In this document: positions 1-9,579 of the stretch, piece after piece | Layout of the letters: every line of letters starts with the position of its first letter | How positions within the stretch are numbered: position 1 is the first letter of the stretch | Source of the DNA: Methylorubrum extorquens | GTDB lineage: Bacteria; Pseudomonadota; Alphaproteobacteria; Rhizobiales; Beijerinckiaceae | Reading direction: 5' to 3' | Assembly (NCBI GenBank): GCA_900234795.1 | Contig: LT962688.1 | Span: 1,800,001 to 1,832,000, forward strand | DNA length: 32,000 bases | The notes under the pieces: model-generated | What the model was told of the DNA's origin: nothing | What the model saw: the letters and a program-made list of their open reading frames with translations, nothing else | The model's database searches: none | Made by a program: the position numbers and the translations under genes

Positions 1-85
1 TCGTTCCTGGCCACCGGCGAGAAGCGCGCGAAGGAACGCCATCGCGCCGCCGTGGTTTCTTTCGCCACCACCTGGGAGGAACAGC

Positions 86-367
86 ATGCGAATTCTTGCG
101 ACGGCGTTGGCGCTGACGGTCATGACGGGGCTCGGCGCCGGGACCGCGGAAGCCAAGGGATGCATCAAGGGCGCGATCATCGGCGGTGTCGCCGGACATT
201 ATCTGGCCGAGCGCGGCGTGGTCGGGGCCGTGGCCGGCTGTCTGGCCGGACGGGCCCTGGCGAACCGGCGCGCGCGGCGGGAGGTCGATTACGGCTCCCA
301 GGTCCAGCCCCGCGGGGCCGGCTATGGCGGCGGGCAGGCCTATCCGGGCCGGAATTACCGGTATTGA
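86..367 (+). CDS. small secreted glycine-zipper-type protein (hypothetical)
   Basis: ATG at 86 is preceded by a GGGAGGA Shine-Dalgarno at 74-80. The N-terminus MRILATALALTVMTGLGAGTAEA looks like a signal peptide. GAIIGGVAGHYLAERGVVGAVAGCLAG is a Gly/Ala zipper-like segment. A strong hairpin terminator lies directly downstream. Confidence 0.7.
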   Translation: MRILATALALTVMTGLGAGTAEAKGCIKGAIIGGVAGHYLAERGVVGAVAGCLAGRALANRRARREVDYGSQVQPRGAGYGGGQAYPGRNYRY

Positions 368-372
368 TGCAA

Positions 373-407
373 GAAGGGGCGCCGTTCGGCGCCCCTTCTC
401 GTTTCTG
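373..407. terminator. intrinsic terminator hairpin between convergent genes
   Basis: Perfect 11-bp stem GAAGGGGCGCC/GGCGCCCCTTC (373-383/388-398) with loop GTTC, followed by T-rich TCGTTTCTG. It sits between the stop of 86..367 (+) and the stop of the MCP gene (-). Confidence 0.75.
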
Positions 408-468
408 CAATTTCCGACACGGTCCGGGCCGCGCGAAATGTCCGGCGGCCGCTTCCTCGGAATGCGCC

Positions 469-2166
469 CTAGGCAGCGCGAATGGTCGCGAGGAAGCGAT
501 TGACCTCGGCGGACAGGTGCTCGGACTGACGCGACAGCTCTGAAGCGGACATCAGCACCTGGCTCGCGGCAGCTCCCGTTTCCTCCGAGGCCTCGGCCAC
601 TCCGCCGATGTTGGTCGTGACCTCGCTGGTTCCCACCGAAGCCTCGGCGACGTTGCGCACGATCTCCTGCGTCGCCGCGCCCTGCTGCTCGACCGCCGCC
701 GCGATCGTCGCGGTCACCGTGTTGATCTCCCGGATCCGCGTGGTGATCGAGCCGATCGCACCCACCGCCTGTCCGGTCGCCCCCTGGATCTGGCCGATCT
801 GGCCGGAAATTTCCTCGGTGGCGCGGGCGGTCTGGTTTGCCAGCTCCTTCACCTCGGCGGCGACGACGGCGAAGCCGCGACCGGCTTCGCCGGCCCGTGC
901 GGCCTCGATGGTGGCGTTGAGGGCGAGCAGGTTGGTTTGGCTCGCGATGTTGGCAATGAGGTTCACCACGTCGCCGATCCGGGTCACGGCCCTGCTCAAC
1001 TCGGTGACGTGGGAACCGGTCTCGTCCGCCTCGGCCACCGCCTGCTGGGCGAGGTTGGCCGAACCGGAGACCTGCCGGCCGATTTCCTGCACCGATGCAC
1101 CGAGTTCCTCGGCGGCGGAGGCGACCGTGTTGACGTTCGCGGCCGCCTCCTCCGCGGCCGAGGCGACGGTGGTCGATCGGGTGGCGGTCCTCTGAGCCGT
1201 CGATGTCATCTGCTGGGCGGTGGCCTGCAGCTCGGTCGCCGAGGAGGAGACCATGCCGACGATGCCGCCGACCGCCCCCTCGAAGCCGTCGGCGAGCTCC
1301 ATCATCGTGCGCTTGCGCTCGGCCGCCGCGGCGGTCTCGGCGATCTGCCGTCGCTCGGCGTCCTCGGCCGCCTTCCGGGCCACCATCGTCTTGATGCCCT
1401 CGACCGCCCGTCCCACGGCGCCGATCTCATCGCCGCGCGCGGCTTGGCGAATCGTGGAGTCGATCTCGCCCTGAGCCATCCGATTCAGAACGGAGACGAG
1501 CTGCGAGAGCGGCCGGGTAATGCCGAACACGACGATCGCACCGGAGAGCACGGCGGCCAGAAGCAGGCCGACCGCCGCCATCACGATCAGCTGGGTGACG
1601 GCCGTTCCGACATCCCGCTCGAGTTGGCTTGCGCCGGCCTGCATCTCCTCGATGATCTTCTGCGTGCGCGCTTCCACCAGCTCGGTGAGCTTGGCCCGCG
1701 CGGGCTGCCCTTCCTCCTGCACGATCGTCATCGCGGCATCGGTCTCGTTCCTGCTGCCGAGAACGATGGTCCGGTCGATGACGGCGAAATAGGCTTCGGC
1801 GAGTTTGCGAACATCGTTGCCGAATTTGACGCGTGCCGGCGTGTCCGCCAGGGCGATCAGCCGATCGATGTTTTTGTAAACGCCGCTGACGGTGGCGTCG
1901 TATCGTGCCTTGTATCGGTCGATCTTTTCCTTTCTGGGGTCGATGATGAGGTTGCGGCTGAGCAGGGTCGCCTCCGCAACACCGGCCTGGGCCTTGAGAT
2001 AAGACTCCTGCCGCACCGTCAGGACGTCGGCGACATAGCGGGATTGGACGGCGATTCCTTCGAACGTCGCCCGCTCGTGCAGAATAAGTGCGATAGCCAT
2101 GGCAGCGATCAGGACGAGCGGCGCGCATAGCTTCAACAAGACGCTCGCATTGTTGATATATCTCAT
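469..2166 (-). CDS. methyl-accepting chemotaxis protein (N-terminal TM, periplasmic helical sensor, second TM, HAMP, MCP signalling domain)
   Basis: 565-aa ORF with the highly conserved MCP signalling hairpin [35 protein letters not shown]. It has Ala/Ser/Thr/Gln-rich methylation helices, two hydrophobic segments ([13 protein letters not shown] and [24 protein letters not shown]) and a HAMP-like segment after the second TM. Confidence 0.95.
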   Translation of the reverse strand: MRYINNASVLLKLCAPLVLIAAMAIALILHERATFEGIAVQSRYVADVLTVRQESYLKAQAGVAEATLLSRNLIIDPRKEKIDRYKARYDATVSGVYKNIDRLIALADTPARVKFGNDVRKLAEAYFAVIDRTIVLGSRNETDAAMTIVQEEGQPARAKLTELVEARTQKIIEEMQAGASQLERDVGTAVTQLIVMAAVGLLLAAVLSGAIVVFGITRPLSQLVSVLNRMAQGEIDSTIRQAARGDEIGAVGRAVEGIKTMVARKAAEDAERRQIAETAAAAERKRTMMELADGFEGAVGGIVGMVSSSATELQATAQQMTSTAQRTATRSTTVASAAEEAAANVNTVASAAEELGASVQEIGRQVSGSANLAQQAVAEADETGSHVTELSRAVTRIGDVVNLIANIASQTNLLALNATIEAARAGEAGRGFAVVAAEVKELANQTARATEEISGQIGQIQGATGQAVGAIGSITTRIREINTVTATIAAAVEQQGAATQEIVRNVAEASVGTSEVTTNIGGVAEASEETGAAASQVLMSASELSRQSEHLSAEVNRFLATIRAA

Positions 2167-2560
2167 TTGAGGTCAGTCCGCCCGCTCGGTGCCTAATGGA
2201 TCTATTGGAAAAGCGGGGCGAGTATTAAATAACGGGTTAAGATCCCTCGATCGATTATAATCCCTTGGGATGCTGCCGCCTTTGCAAAAAGAGGGCAGTG
2301 TAGAGGCGGGACATCAGACGCTTGGGTCGGCCGAAACCCCGTGCCGGTCAGGCACGCGGCGGGCGCAGAGGTCGCGCCGGACACGCCCTTCAAGGGCCGG
2401 CTTCCCGCTCGCGGATCGCTGAAATCTGCCCGGCGAAGATCAGCCCGGCCTCGCGAGCACGCTTTCAAAGGCCCTCCGAGGGGGAGGAGCGCTCGCACTT
2501 CGAATGGGCGGGACGGCGCCGATACGGCCTGTCGGAAGGCGGGCGGGAGACGTCCGGAGC

Positions 2561-2593
2561 GAAAAAAGGGGCGCCCTTTGAGGGCGCCCCTTT
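2561..2593 (-). terminator. rho-independent terminator of the DUF892 gene
   Basis: Perfect 12-bp stem AAAGGGGCGCCC/GGGCGCCCCTTT (2565-2576/2582-2593) with loop TTTGA. On the minus strand the hairpin is followed by TTTTTT (complement of the A-run ending at 2567). It lies about 80 nt downstream of the stop at 2672. Confidence 0.75.
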
Positions 2594-2671
2594 CCTGATC
2601 TGGCTTGCCTGCCTGCGATGCGCGGCCCGTCTTGCGGCAGGATCATCGGTCCTGCCGCAAGACGCCTGAGA

Positions 2672-3214
2672 TCAGGCGCTCTTGCGCCCGCCCTTGCCCT
2701 TCGCCGCGCCCGCCTCGACCTCCTCGGAGCCCTCGGTGTTGATGCGCTCGGCGATCTGCGAGAGCAGCGCGTCGGTCTTCTTCTCTTCCTGAAGGGTCTC
2801 GTCGAGCAGCTTGGCGGCGTCCGCGTAGCCGAGCTGGGTCGCCCAGGTCTTGAGCGTACCGTAGCGGGCGATCTCGTAATGCTCGACCGCCTGGGCGCAG
2901 GCCGCCAGCACCGCGTCGGCGGCCGGGCTGTCCTCGAAATCCTCCAGATCCTCCTCCATCTCGGAGGTCAGGCCCTGCATCGCCTCGCAGGTCTTGGCGC
3001 GGGCCGGCTTGCCGATGATCTCGAACACCTGCTGCAGGCGCTCGACCTGGTTGGCGCTCTCCTCGGCATGGGTCTCGAACGCTTGGCGGAGTTCGTCATG
3101 TTCGGCCGCCTTGGCCGACTTCTTCAGTGCACGCACCGATTGCTTTTCCGCGTAATAGACGTCCTTCAACGTCTCATAGAACGCATCGTGCAAGGTCTTC
3201 TGCTTGGTGGCCAT
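2672..3214 (-). CDS. DUF892 / YciE-YciF-like ferritin-like stress protein
   Basis: MATKQKTLHDAFYETLKDVYYAEKQ...AVEHYEIARYGTL...LLDETLQEEKKTD is the typical DUF892 four-helix pattern as I recall it. I chose the ATG at 3214 (AGGAGA Shine-Dalgarno just upstream) over the ORF-track start at 3265, whose extra residues are Arg/Pro-rich. Confidence 0.88.
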   Translation of the reverse strand: MATKQKTLHDAFYETLKDVYYAEKQSVRALKKSAKAAEHDELRQAFETHAEESANQVERLQQVFEIIGKPARAKTCEAMQGLTSEMEEDLEDFEDSPAADAVLAACAQAVEHYEIARYGTLKTWATQLGYADAAKLLDETLQEEKKTDALLSQIAERINTEGSEEVEAGAAKGKGGRKSA

Positions 3215-3424
3215 GGGAGTTCGTCTCCTGATTGCTGAACGAGGGGGCCGGGGGAGTGATCTCACCGTCGGCCGACACCTTAAGAACGTGAGTTCAGGCG
3301 ACAGGGTCCGAAAATTCTCTTGGGGGGAGGCCGTAAAATTCCGGGAACCTCGGCCGGTGGCGCCGGGGTTTCTGGGATCGGCCCGGAGGCAGGGCCACCT
3401 CCCCGGCCCAGGGCGCGGCGCGGG

Positions 3425-4429
3425 CTACAGCCACTTCTTCCAGCGGAAGAACACGTAGGGCAGCACGGCGGCCACCACCATCATGCCGACGGCGGCGGGG
3501 TAGCCGAAATGCCAGTCGAGCTCCGGCATGGTCTTGAAGTTCATGCCGTAGATCGAGGCGATCAGGGTGGGCGGCATGAACACCACCGCCATGACCGAGA
3601 ACAGCTTGATGATGTTGTTCTGCTCCAGGTTCACGAGGCCGAGCGTCGCGTCGAGCAGGAACTGGATCTTGGCCGAGATGAAGGTCGCGTGCTCTTCCAG
3701 CGATTGCAGGTCGCGTAAGGTGGAGCGCACGTCCTCGCGCAGCTCGCGCGGGGCCTTGGCCGTGCGGTAGGTGGCCGAGAGCGAGAGTAGGATGCGCTCC
3801 ATCGAGACGAGGCTCTCGCGCTGCTTCGAGATCAGGTCGCCGTAGCGCCCGAGCGAGCGCAATGTGTCCTGCAGCGCGTTGTTGCGCGAGGACGGGTCGC
3901 CCTTGTCCTCGAAGATCTTGCGCGAGAGGCGGTCGATGCGTTCGCCCTGGAGCTGGAGCACGTCGGCGGCGCGGTCGATCACCGCCTCGATCAGCCCGGC
4001 CAGGATCGACTCGCCCGAGACCGAGCGCGACGGCCCGTTGCCCGTCGCGCGGCCGGCGCGCTGTGTGTACATCCGGAACGCCTGCGGCTCCTCGTAGCGC
4101 ACGGTGATGAGCCGGTTGTCGCGCAGGATGAAGGTGATGCCGGCCAGGCCCGGCTCCTCGGAATCGCTGACGCGGGACAGCACGCGGCCCGTCATGTAGC
4201 GGGCGCCGGCCTCGACGTAGAGCAGCTCGGAAGGCTCGATGTCCTTCATCTCCTCGCGCGTCGGCACGGTGATGCCGAGGAAGGATTCGACTTTCACCTC
4301 CTCCTCCCGCGTCGGGCGCACGAGGTCGAGCCAGACCGTGTCCTCGGAGATCGGCTCCTGCAATTCGAGGTAGCGGCGTTCCAGCACCGTCTGGGAGCCG
4401 CCCGCGACGGGCTTGTGGGTGAAGATCAA
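3425..4429 (-). CDS. corA: CorA-family magnesium/cobalt transporter
   Basis: C-terminal signature SIYGMNF (GMN motif) lies between two TM helices, with a KKWL tail. The ORF track starts at 4567, which would overlap the upstream SDR gene by 112 nt with an Arg/Ser-rich extension. I prefer the TTG at 4429 (about 334 aa). The start is uncertain. Confidence 0.85.
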   Translation of the reverse strand: MIFTHKPVAGGSQTVLERRYLELQEPISEDTVWLDLVRPTREEEVKVESFLGITVPTREEMKDIEPSELLYVEAGARYMTGRVLSRVSDSEEPGLAGITFILRDNRLITVRYEEPQAFRMYTQRAGRATGNGPSRSVSGESILAGLIEAVIDRAADVLQLQGERIDRLSRKIFEDKGDPSSRNNALQDTLRSLGRYGDLISKQRESLVSMERILLSLSATYRTAKAPRELREDVRSTLRDLQSLEEHATFISAKIQFLLDATLGLVNLEQNNIIKLFSVMAVVFMPPTLIASIYGMNFKTMPELDWHFGYPAAVGMMVVAAVLPYVFFRWKKWL

Positions 4430-4454
4430 CGGATGTGACCTGTCGGATGGGGCT

Positions 4455-5309
4455 TCAGTCGAGTGCCCCGGGCGGGGCGACGCTTGTGTCCGGCACGAAG
4501 AAGTCCGGCGCAAGCGGAACGCCTGCTGTGACGCGGTATTTTGAAAAGTCCGTGACGCCTTCCTCACTCAGAACCGTGTCGTCGATGAGGAAATGCCCGG
4601 TGAAGTTCTTGGCCTCCCGCAGGAACACGGCGTGCGCGGCATCCGCCATGATCTCCGGCGTGCGGCTGGCCTGCATCAGCGCGTCGCCGCCGAGCAGGTT
4701 CTGAACGGCCGCCGTGGCGATGGTGGTGCGCGGCCACAGGGCGTTGACGGCGATGCCTCGGCCCCGAAGCTCCCCGGCGAGCCCGAGCACGCAGAGCGAC
4801 ATGCCGAACTTGGCCATCGAGTAGGCCAGATGCGGCGCGAACCATTTCTCCGCCATGTCGAGCGGCGGCGAGAGCATCAGGATATGCGGGTTCTCCGCCC
4901 GCTCCAGATGCGGAATCGCGTATTTGCTGACCATGTAGGTGCCGCGCGTGTTGATCTGATGCATCAGGTCGAAGCGCTTCATCTCGGTCTTGGGCGTGTT
5001 CGACAGCGAGATCGCGCTCGCGTTGTTGACCACGATGTCGATCCCGCCGAATTGTTTTGCGGTTTCATCCAGCGCCGTCTTCACCGCCTCTTCGTCGCGG
5101 ACATCGACGGTGAGCGGCAGCGCCCGGCCCCCTGCCCGCTCGATGGCTTCGGCGGCGGTGAAGATCGTGCCCTCTAGCTTCGGATGCGCCTGCGCGGTCT
5201 TGGCCGCGATCGCCACGTTGGCGCCGTCGCGGGCGGCGCGCAGGCCGATGGCGAGCCCGATGCCGCGCGAGGCGCCGGTGATGAACAGCGTCTTCCCCTT
5301 CAGGCTCAT
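4455..5309 (-). CDS. SDR-family NAD(P)-dependent oxidoreductase
   Basis: N-terminal Rossmann motif TLFITGASRGIGLAIG, NNASAI, and a Y-x3-K catalytic pair (YSMAK). The ATG overlaps the upstream stop as ATGA. Confidence 0.9.
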   Translation of the reverse strand: MSLKGKTLFITGASRGIGLAIGLRAARDGANVAIAAKTAQAHPKLEGTIFTAAEAIERAGGRALPLTVDVRDEEAVKTALDETAKQFGGIDIVVNNASAISLSNTPKTEMKRFDLMHQINTRGTYMVSKYAIPHLERAENPHILMLSPPLDMAEKWFAPHLAYSMAKFGMSLCVLGLAGELRGRGIAVNALWPRTTIATAAVQNLLGGDALMQASRTPEIMADAAHAVFLREAKNFTGHFLIDDTVLSEEGVTDFSKYRVTAGVPLAPDFFVPDTSVAPPGALD

Positions 5310-6169
5310 GCGTCATCCTCTCCGATCCGGAAGCGCTCCGGCTGGCGGCCGTCGGCGTCGGTGAAGCCGTAGGCGCGGGCGAGATCCCCGACATGGACCG
5401 TCCGCCCCGCCCGGTCCAGCACGGCGGGGTCGGCGGACAACGCCGCGAGCGCCCGGCCGGCATAGAGCGGGCTCTCGGTGGCGAGCGCCTCCTGGCCGAG
5501 ATCGCGCACCCGCTCGGTGGCGACGAAGCCCGGCGAGAGGCTGAGCGCGCAGACGCCGTGGGGGCTCAGTTCGGCGGCGCAGGCGAAGGCGAGCCGGTTC
5601 GTCGTCGCCTTGGCGAGGTCGTAGTAGAAATCGCCCAGAAACCCCTCCTCGGTGCCGAAGGAGACGAAGGCGATCAGGCCGGAGCGCGCGGCGACCATGG
5701 CCGGCGCCACGGCGCGGGCCAGCAGCAATCCCGGATAGGGCCCCGTCCCCAGAAACTGCGAGAACGGCTCGGCCGAGCGGCGCCAGAACGGCGTGCCCCA
5801 GGCGGCGCCGTCGGGGTAGCGTTCGCCGTCATAGCCCTCGTTGCCGCCCCACACGCTGGAGGCCGCGACATCGATCCGCCCGAACCGGCGCAGCGCCCAG
5901 TGCACGAGTTCGTCCACCGCCCGCTCGCTTGTGTGGTCGCACAGGTAATGGTGCCCCTCGCCGCCGGCCGCATCGACCTCGCGGGCGGTGTCCTCGATCG
6001 CTTCCGCGCGCGTCTCGGTGCGCCGCCCGGTCTCGGAGGAGCGCGCGGTGACGATCACCGTCGCCCCCGCCTCCCCCAACCCGCGGGCGAGCCCGCGCCC
6101 GACCCCGCGCGAGGCCCCGGCCACGAGGCAGACTTTTCCCCGCAGCGAGGGTGTGACGGAGGCGCTCAC
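5306..6169 (-). CDS. SDR-family oxidoreductase
   Basis: KVCLVAGASRGVGRGLARGLGEAGATVIVTARS is a Rossmann-type dinucleotide motif. The GTG start overlaps the upstream stop (GTGA), and the stop overlaps the next ATG (ATGA), so the genes look operonic. Confidence 0.8.
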   Translation of the reverse strand: MSASVTPSLRGKVCLVAGASRGVGRGLARGLGEAGATVIVTARSSETGRRTETRAEAIEDTAREVDAAGGEGHHYLCDHTSERAVDELVHWALRRFGRIDVAASSVWGGNEGYDGERYPDGAAWGTPFWRRSAEPFSQFLGTGPYPGLLLARAVAPAMVAARSGLIAFVSFGTEEGFLGDFYYDLAKATTNRLAFACAAELSPHGVCALSLSPGFVATERVRDLGQEALATESPLYAGRALAALSADPAVLDRAGRTVHVGDLARAYGFTDADGRQPERFRIGEDDA

Positions 6170-6930
6170 GCCTTGCCGGCGAGGAAGCGGGCGAGCCGCG
6201 CTTGCGTCTCGGGATCGCGCAGGCCCGCCTCGAAGGCCTGCGCCTCGGCCTCGATCGCCGCCTCGACCAGCGCCTGCTCGCCGCGCATCAGCGCGCGGGT
6301 CGCCTGCACCGCCCGGCGCGGCAGGGCGGCCAGCCGCGCGGCTTGCGCCAGCGCGTGCACCTCCAGCGCCTCGGAGGGCAGTTCGGCGTTGGCGAGCCCG
6401 AGCGCCACGGCGGCCGCGCCGTCGAACGGCTCGCCGAGCAGCAGCAGCGCCGAGGCGCGTGCGAGCCCGATCCGGCGCGGCAGCAGGTGGCTGGCGGCGG
6501 CCTCAGGCACCACGCCGAGTTCCACGAACGGCATGCGGAAGCGCGCCTGCGGCCCGACATAGACGAGGTCGCAATGCAGCGTCAGCGTCGTGCCGACGCC
6601 GATGGCGAGCCCGTCCACCGCCGCGACCATCGGGGTGCGGGTGCGGGCGAGCTGCCGGATGAAGCGCAGGGCCGGCATCTCGGAAAACGCGTCGCGCGGC
6701 GCCGTACCGGCGGCAAAGAAGTCGGCCAGATCGTTGCCGGCGGTGAAGGCGCCGGGCAGCCCGGCAAACACCACCGCCCCGATTTTTTGGGAGTTCGCGT
6801 CGGCGTCTTCCAGCGCCGCCGTGGCGGCGTCGTACATCGCCCCGGTCAGCGCGTTCTTCTTGGCCGGGCGGTTCCAGCGGATCAGGCGCACGCCGCCCGA
6901 AACATCCTCGATGGTGATGGCTTCGCTCAT
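6166..6930 (-). CDS. enoyl-CoA hydratase/isomerase (crotonase) family protein
   Basis: MSEAITIEDVSGGVRLIRWNRPAKKNALTGAMY...FTAGNDLADF...AAVDGLAIGVGTTL is the crotonase-fold pattern. I used the ATG at 6930; the ORF-track extension to 7110 is Arg/Gly-rich and implausible. Confidence 0.88.
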   Translation of the reverse strand: MSEAITIEDVSGGVRLIRWNRPAKKNALTGAMYDAATAALEDADANSQKIGAVVFAGLPGAFTAGNDLADFFAAGTAPRDAFSEMPALRFIRQLARTRTPMVAAVDGLAIGVGTTLTLHCDLVYVGPQARFRMPFVELGVVPEAAASHLLPRRIGLARASALLLLGEPFDGAAAVALGLANAELPSEALEVHALAQAARLAALPRRAVQATRALMRGEQALVEAAIEAEAQAFEAGLRDPETQARLARFLAGKA

Positions 6931-7360
6931 CCGCCCTCGCCCCACGCGCCGACCCCGAGCGCCGTCGCCGCCCTGACGGCATCGGCCCCTCGCCTCACCC
7001 TTCTTCCCGCGGCGACGCTTTGTCGAGGGGCCATCGGCGCGGTTCGGGCGCGCGCCCGCAAGCGGGTTCACGGCCCCGCGCCCCCTCCCCGTCCGGCCGG
7101 GGCCGCGCAACCCAGCCGCGCGGCGCCGACCCGCGCGGCATCACCGGCGGCGCCCGGGTTCGCGGGCCGGCGCCCCGGACGGAGGCGGCGGCAACGGGCG
7201 GCCCGAGCCGCCCTGCGCGAGGCCGGCCGGGTCGATCCGCCCGCAGGGCCCGAACCCAAGCCCCGTCGGCCGGCCGCGCCGGCCCCGACGCCTCGGCTTG
7301 CGGGGCGGTCCCGGTGTCGCACCCGCGAAACTTGGCGGTCCGCGTCTCGGATGACGGGCT

Positions 7361-7804
7361 ATGTGGTCACTCTACGCTCTCACGGTTCTCGCCGGTCTCG
7401 CCAACGCGATCCAGCCGGGACAGAACGCGACTCTGTCGAAGTCGCTCGGCCTGCCGGTGACGGCGGCCCTCCTGACCCTGCTGGTCAGCACCGCCGCCCT
7501 GCTCGTGGGCGGCCTCGCCCTGGGCAAACTCGAACTCCCCACCGGCCAACAGCTCGGGCAGGTGCCCTGGTGGGCGTGGCTCGGCGGCTTTTTGAGTATT
7601 CTGCTGATCCTGGCCCAGCTCTACGCCTCCCCCGCCATCGGCGCGGCGACGTTTTTGGGCATCATCGTCACCGTGGGCGTGCTCGCCTCGCTCGTGCTCG
7701 ACCACTTCGGCTGGATCGGATTTCAGGTGCACCCGGCCAGCGTTTGGCGGGTTGCCGGGGCGGTGTTGATGGTGATTGGGGTGGGGCTGGTGGCGGTGTT
7801 TTGA
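7361..7804 (+). CDS. DMT-superfamily small membrane protein (DUF606/YdcZ-like)
   Basis: 147-aa protein made almost entirely of hydrophobic helices (LYALTVLAGLANAIQPGQNATLSKSLG...VLMVIGVGLVAVF). The pattern matches DUF606 as I recall it. The stop at 7802-7804 coincides with the GC drop. Confidence 0.8.
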   Translation: MWSLYALTVLAGLANAIQPGQNATLSKSLGLPVTAALLTLLVSTAALLVGGLALGKLELPTGQQLGQVPWWAWLGGFLSILLILAQLYASPAIGAATFLGIIVTVGVLASLVLDHFGWIGFQVHPASVWRVAGAVLMVIGVGLVAVF

Positions 7805-7972
7805 TGGATAAGCATACGATCAATTGAATTATTCAGAAAATCATGCCCAGTCTGGACTAATCAGCGGGACAACTATTGTTCGAAAATCGTAGATACTGAA
7901 AAATTAATCTATATTCGTAAGAGCGCGGTGTCCCGCCCTAGGTGCGGTATCGGGTGCAAAATGTTTCTGAAA

Positions 7973-8000
7973 TTGCCTTGTCGGAAGGTTTGTTTATGCT
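7973..8000 (+). promoter_or_regulatory. possible sigma70-like promoter for the helicase gene
   Basis: TTGCCT (7973-7978), a 16-nt spacer, then TATGCT (7995-8000), about 35 nt upstream of the first candidate start. This is a motif match by eye only. Confidence 0.25.
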
Positions 8001-8034
8001 AGGTTGCGCCGAACCCTGGGCGTGATATTAGCCG

Positions 8035-9579
8035 TTGGAGCGAGAATTGAGATCGGGGTTGCCAGAAAATCACGGACTGCCAGAAGTAATACTAGACAGT
8101 AATTTAATACATAGAGATGAATTAGGCGAAATTCAGCTAACTGATATTCAGTTCGAAGCTTTGGAAGCAGGTGTTGCACGAGGGAATAACATCCTTGCCG
8201 TAGCGCCGACATCGAGCGGAAAAACTGACGTCGGTTTGTATGCTGCCGGTGCTTGGCTTGTAAGTGGGCTCGACGATGGAGCGAAAGTAGTTTTTCTTAC
8301 ATCCCATCGGGCGTTGGCTCGACAAAAATTCTATGAATTGATAGAAAATTTTGCTCCATTATTGATGCTGGGCTCTGACGAACTTGTTCTTGCGACTGGG
8401 GATGATGTACTTGATTCAAATGGTGATCCGGTACCTGATGCTCTTGCAGTACCTGTTATCGTTGCTACCTATGAAAAGTACCTCAATATGCTTTCAGGTG
8501 CCGGCTTCGAGGCCGGTAGATCTAAGGTTTGCTGCATTTGTGATGAAATTCAGCTAATCGGAGATCAAAACAGAGGGACTTCGGCTGAGATATTGCTTAC
8601 TCTGTTGAAGGGTAGAGTTGGGCAAATTGTCGGTCTGTCAGCCGTGCTTGAAAGCGGTTACGCAGGACTATTGTCAAGCTGGTTGGGTACGAATCTTATA
8701 AGAACTGTAGACCGAGAAATACCATTGAAATATGAGCTAAGAACAGCTCGCGCAACGATGATTACAGACACATCAAGCCAAAAGCAGCCAGAAATACTGA
8801 AGCCAAGATCAATTAATACGATCGACACACTGCGAGATATTCTAACTGATGGGTCAGATAGTGAGCCCATAGCTGTATTTTGCATGACAAAAAAACAAGT
8901 ATTCGATTTGGCTGAAGATTGGTCTGCCGAGGCTGCTAGGCTGGGAGCTCGTGTTGATGAAACATTGCCGCTCTTCAGCGAACTCACTTCCTCAGCCGAA
9001 GAGCTTGTTCGATATCTTCCTCATCGGTTTGCCTACCATACTGCAGATCTGAATGAAGATGAAAGAGTTGCGGTTGAAACAAAGCTGGACGACAATAACT
9101 TAAGAGTAGTTTTTGCTACGACCACCCTTGCATCTGGTCTAAACTACTCATTTAAGACCGTGATAATTCATAGTTGGATGCGGTACAATCAATTAGATAA
9201 GATATGGGCTCCTATCCCTTCTGCAGAATTCCATAATATGGCAGGCCGCGCGGGACGTCTTTCAAGGGTAGATAAAGCGGGAAGAGTAATATATTTCGCT
9301 GGCGACTCCAAAGAGCTTCGAGCGGCGCCGCGATATCTTTCATGGTGGGAATTGGAAGTACCACCACCGCGGATCCAACCAACCTCATTTTCGCAGCTCG
9401 GACTGCAATTGCTGGCCTCTGGCGTTGCGACGTCAGAGGTCACTTTGTTTGAATTTCTGCAGAGTACGTTTAGCGCGCAGAGAGAAATGGAACGCAATGC
9501 CCAGCAGCCTGAACTTTGGGGTGACGCTATCAGGCAGGCCATTTCTGATCTAAAAAAGTGGAGGTTTATTTCTCAATGA
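8035..9579 (+). CDS. SF2 helicase core, Hel308/Ski2-like (RecA1, RecA2 and N-terminal part of a winged-helix domain)
   Basis: All SF2 motifs occur in order: LTDIQFEAL (Q-like), APTSSGKT (8203-8226), VVFLTSHRALARQKF, ATGDD, VIVATYEKY, CDEIQLIGDQNRG (D at 8542), GLSAVL, IAVFCMTKK, AYHTADL, VVFATTTLASGLN and EFHNMAGRAGR (9238-9258). The start is non-ATG. TTG 8035 is the longest option. TTG 8047 has a GGAG Shine-Dalgarno at 8037-8040. Confidence 0.9.
   Translation: MERELRSGLPENHGLPEVILDSNLIHRDELGEIQLTDIQFEALEAGVARGNNILAVAPTSSGKTDVGLYAAGAWLVSGLDDGAKVVFLTSHRALARQKFYELIENFAPLLMLGSDELVLATGDDVLDSNGDPVPDALAVPVIVATYEKYLNMLSGAGFEAGRSKVCCICDEIQLIGDQNRGTSAEILLTLLKGRVGQIVGLSAVLESGYAGLLSSWLGTNLIRTVDREIPLKYELRTARATMITDTSSQKQPEILKPRSINTIDTLRDILTDGSDSEPIAVFCMTKKQVFDLAEDWSAEAARLGARVDETLPLFSELTSSAEELVRYLPHRFAYHTADLNEDERVAVETKLDDNNLRVVFATTTLASGLNYSFKTVIIHSWMRYNQLDKIWAPIPSAEFHNMAGRAGRLSRVDKAGRVIYFAGDSKELRAAPRYLSWWELEVPPPRIQPTSFSQLGLQLLASGVATSEVTLFEFLQSTFSAQREMERNAQQPELWGDAIRQAISDLKKWRFISQ
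9560..9564 (+). promoter_or_regulatory. Shine-Dalgarno (GGAGG) for the downstream nuclease-tail gene
   Basis: GGAGG lies 11 nt upstream of ATG 9576, which overlaps the ORF1 stop as ATGA. Confidence 0.5.

Noticed and set aside
3215-3424. A general-stress (EcfG-type, GGAAC-N16-17-CGTT) promoter upstream of the DUF892 gene.
   Set aside because: I looked on the minus strand upstream of ATG 3214. GAAC and CGTT words occur, but not at the required spacing.
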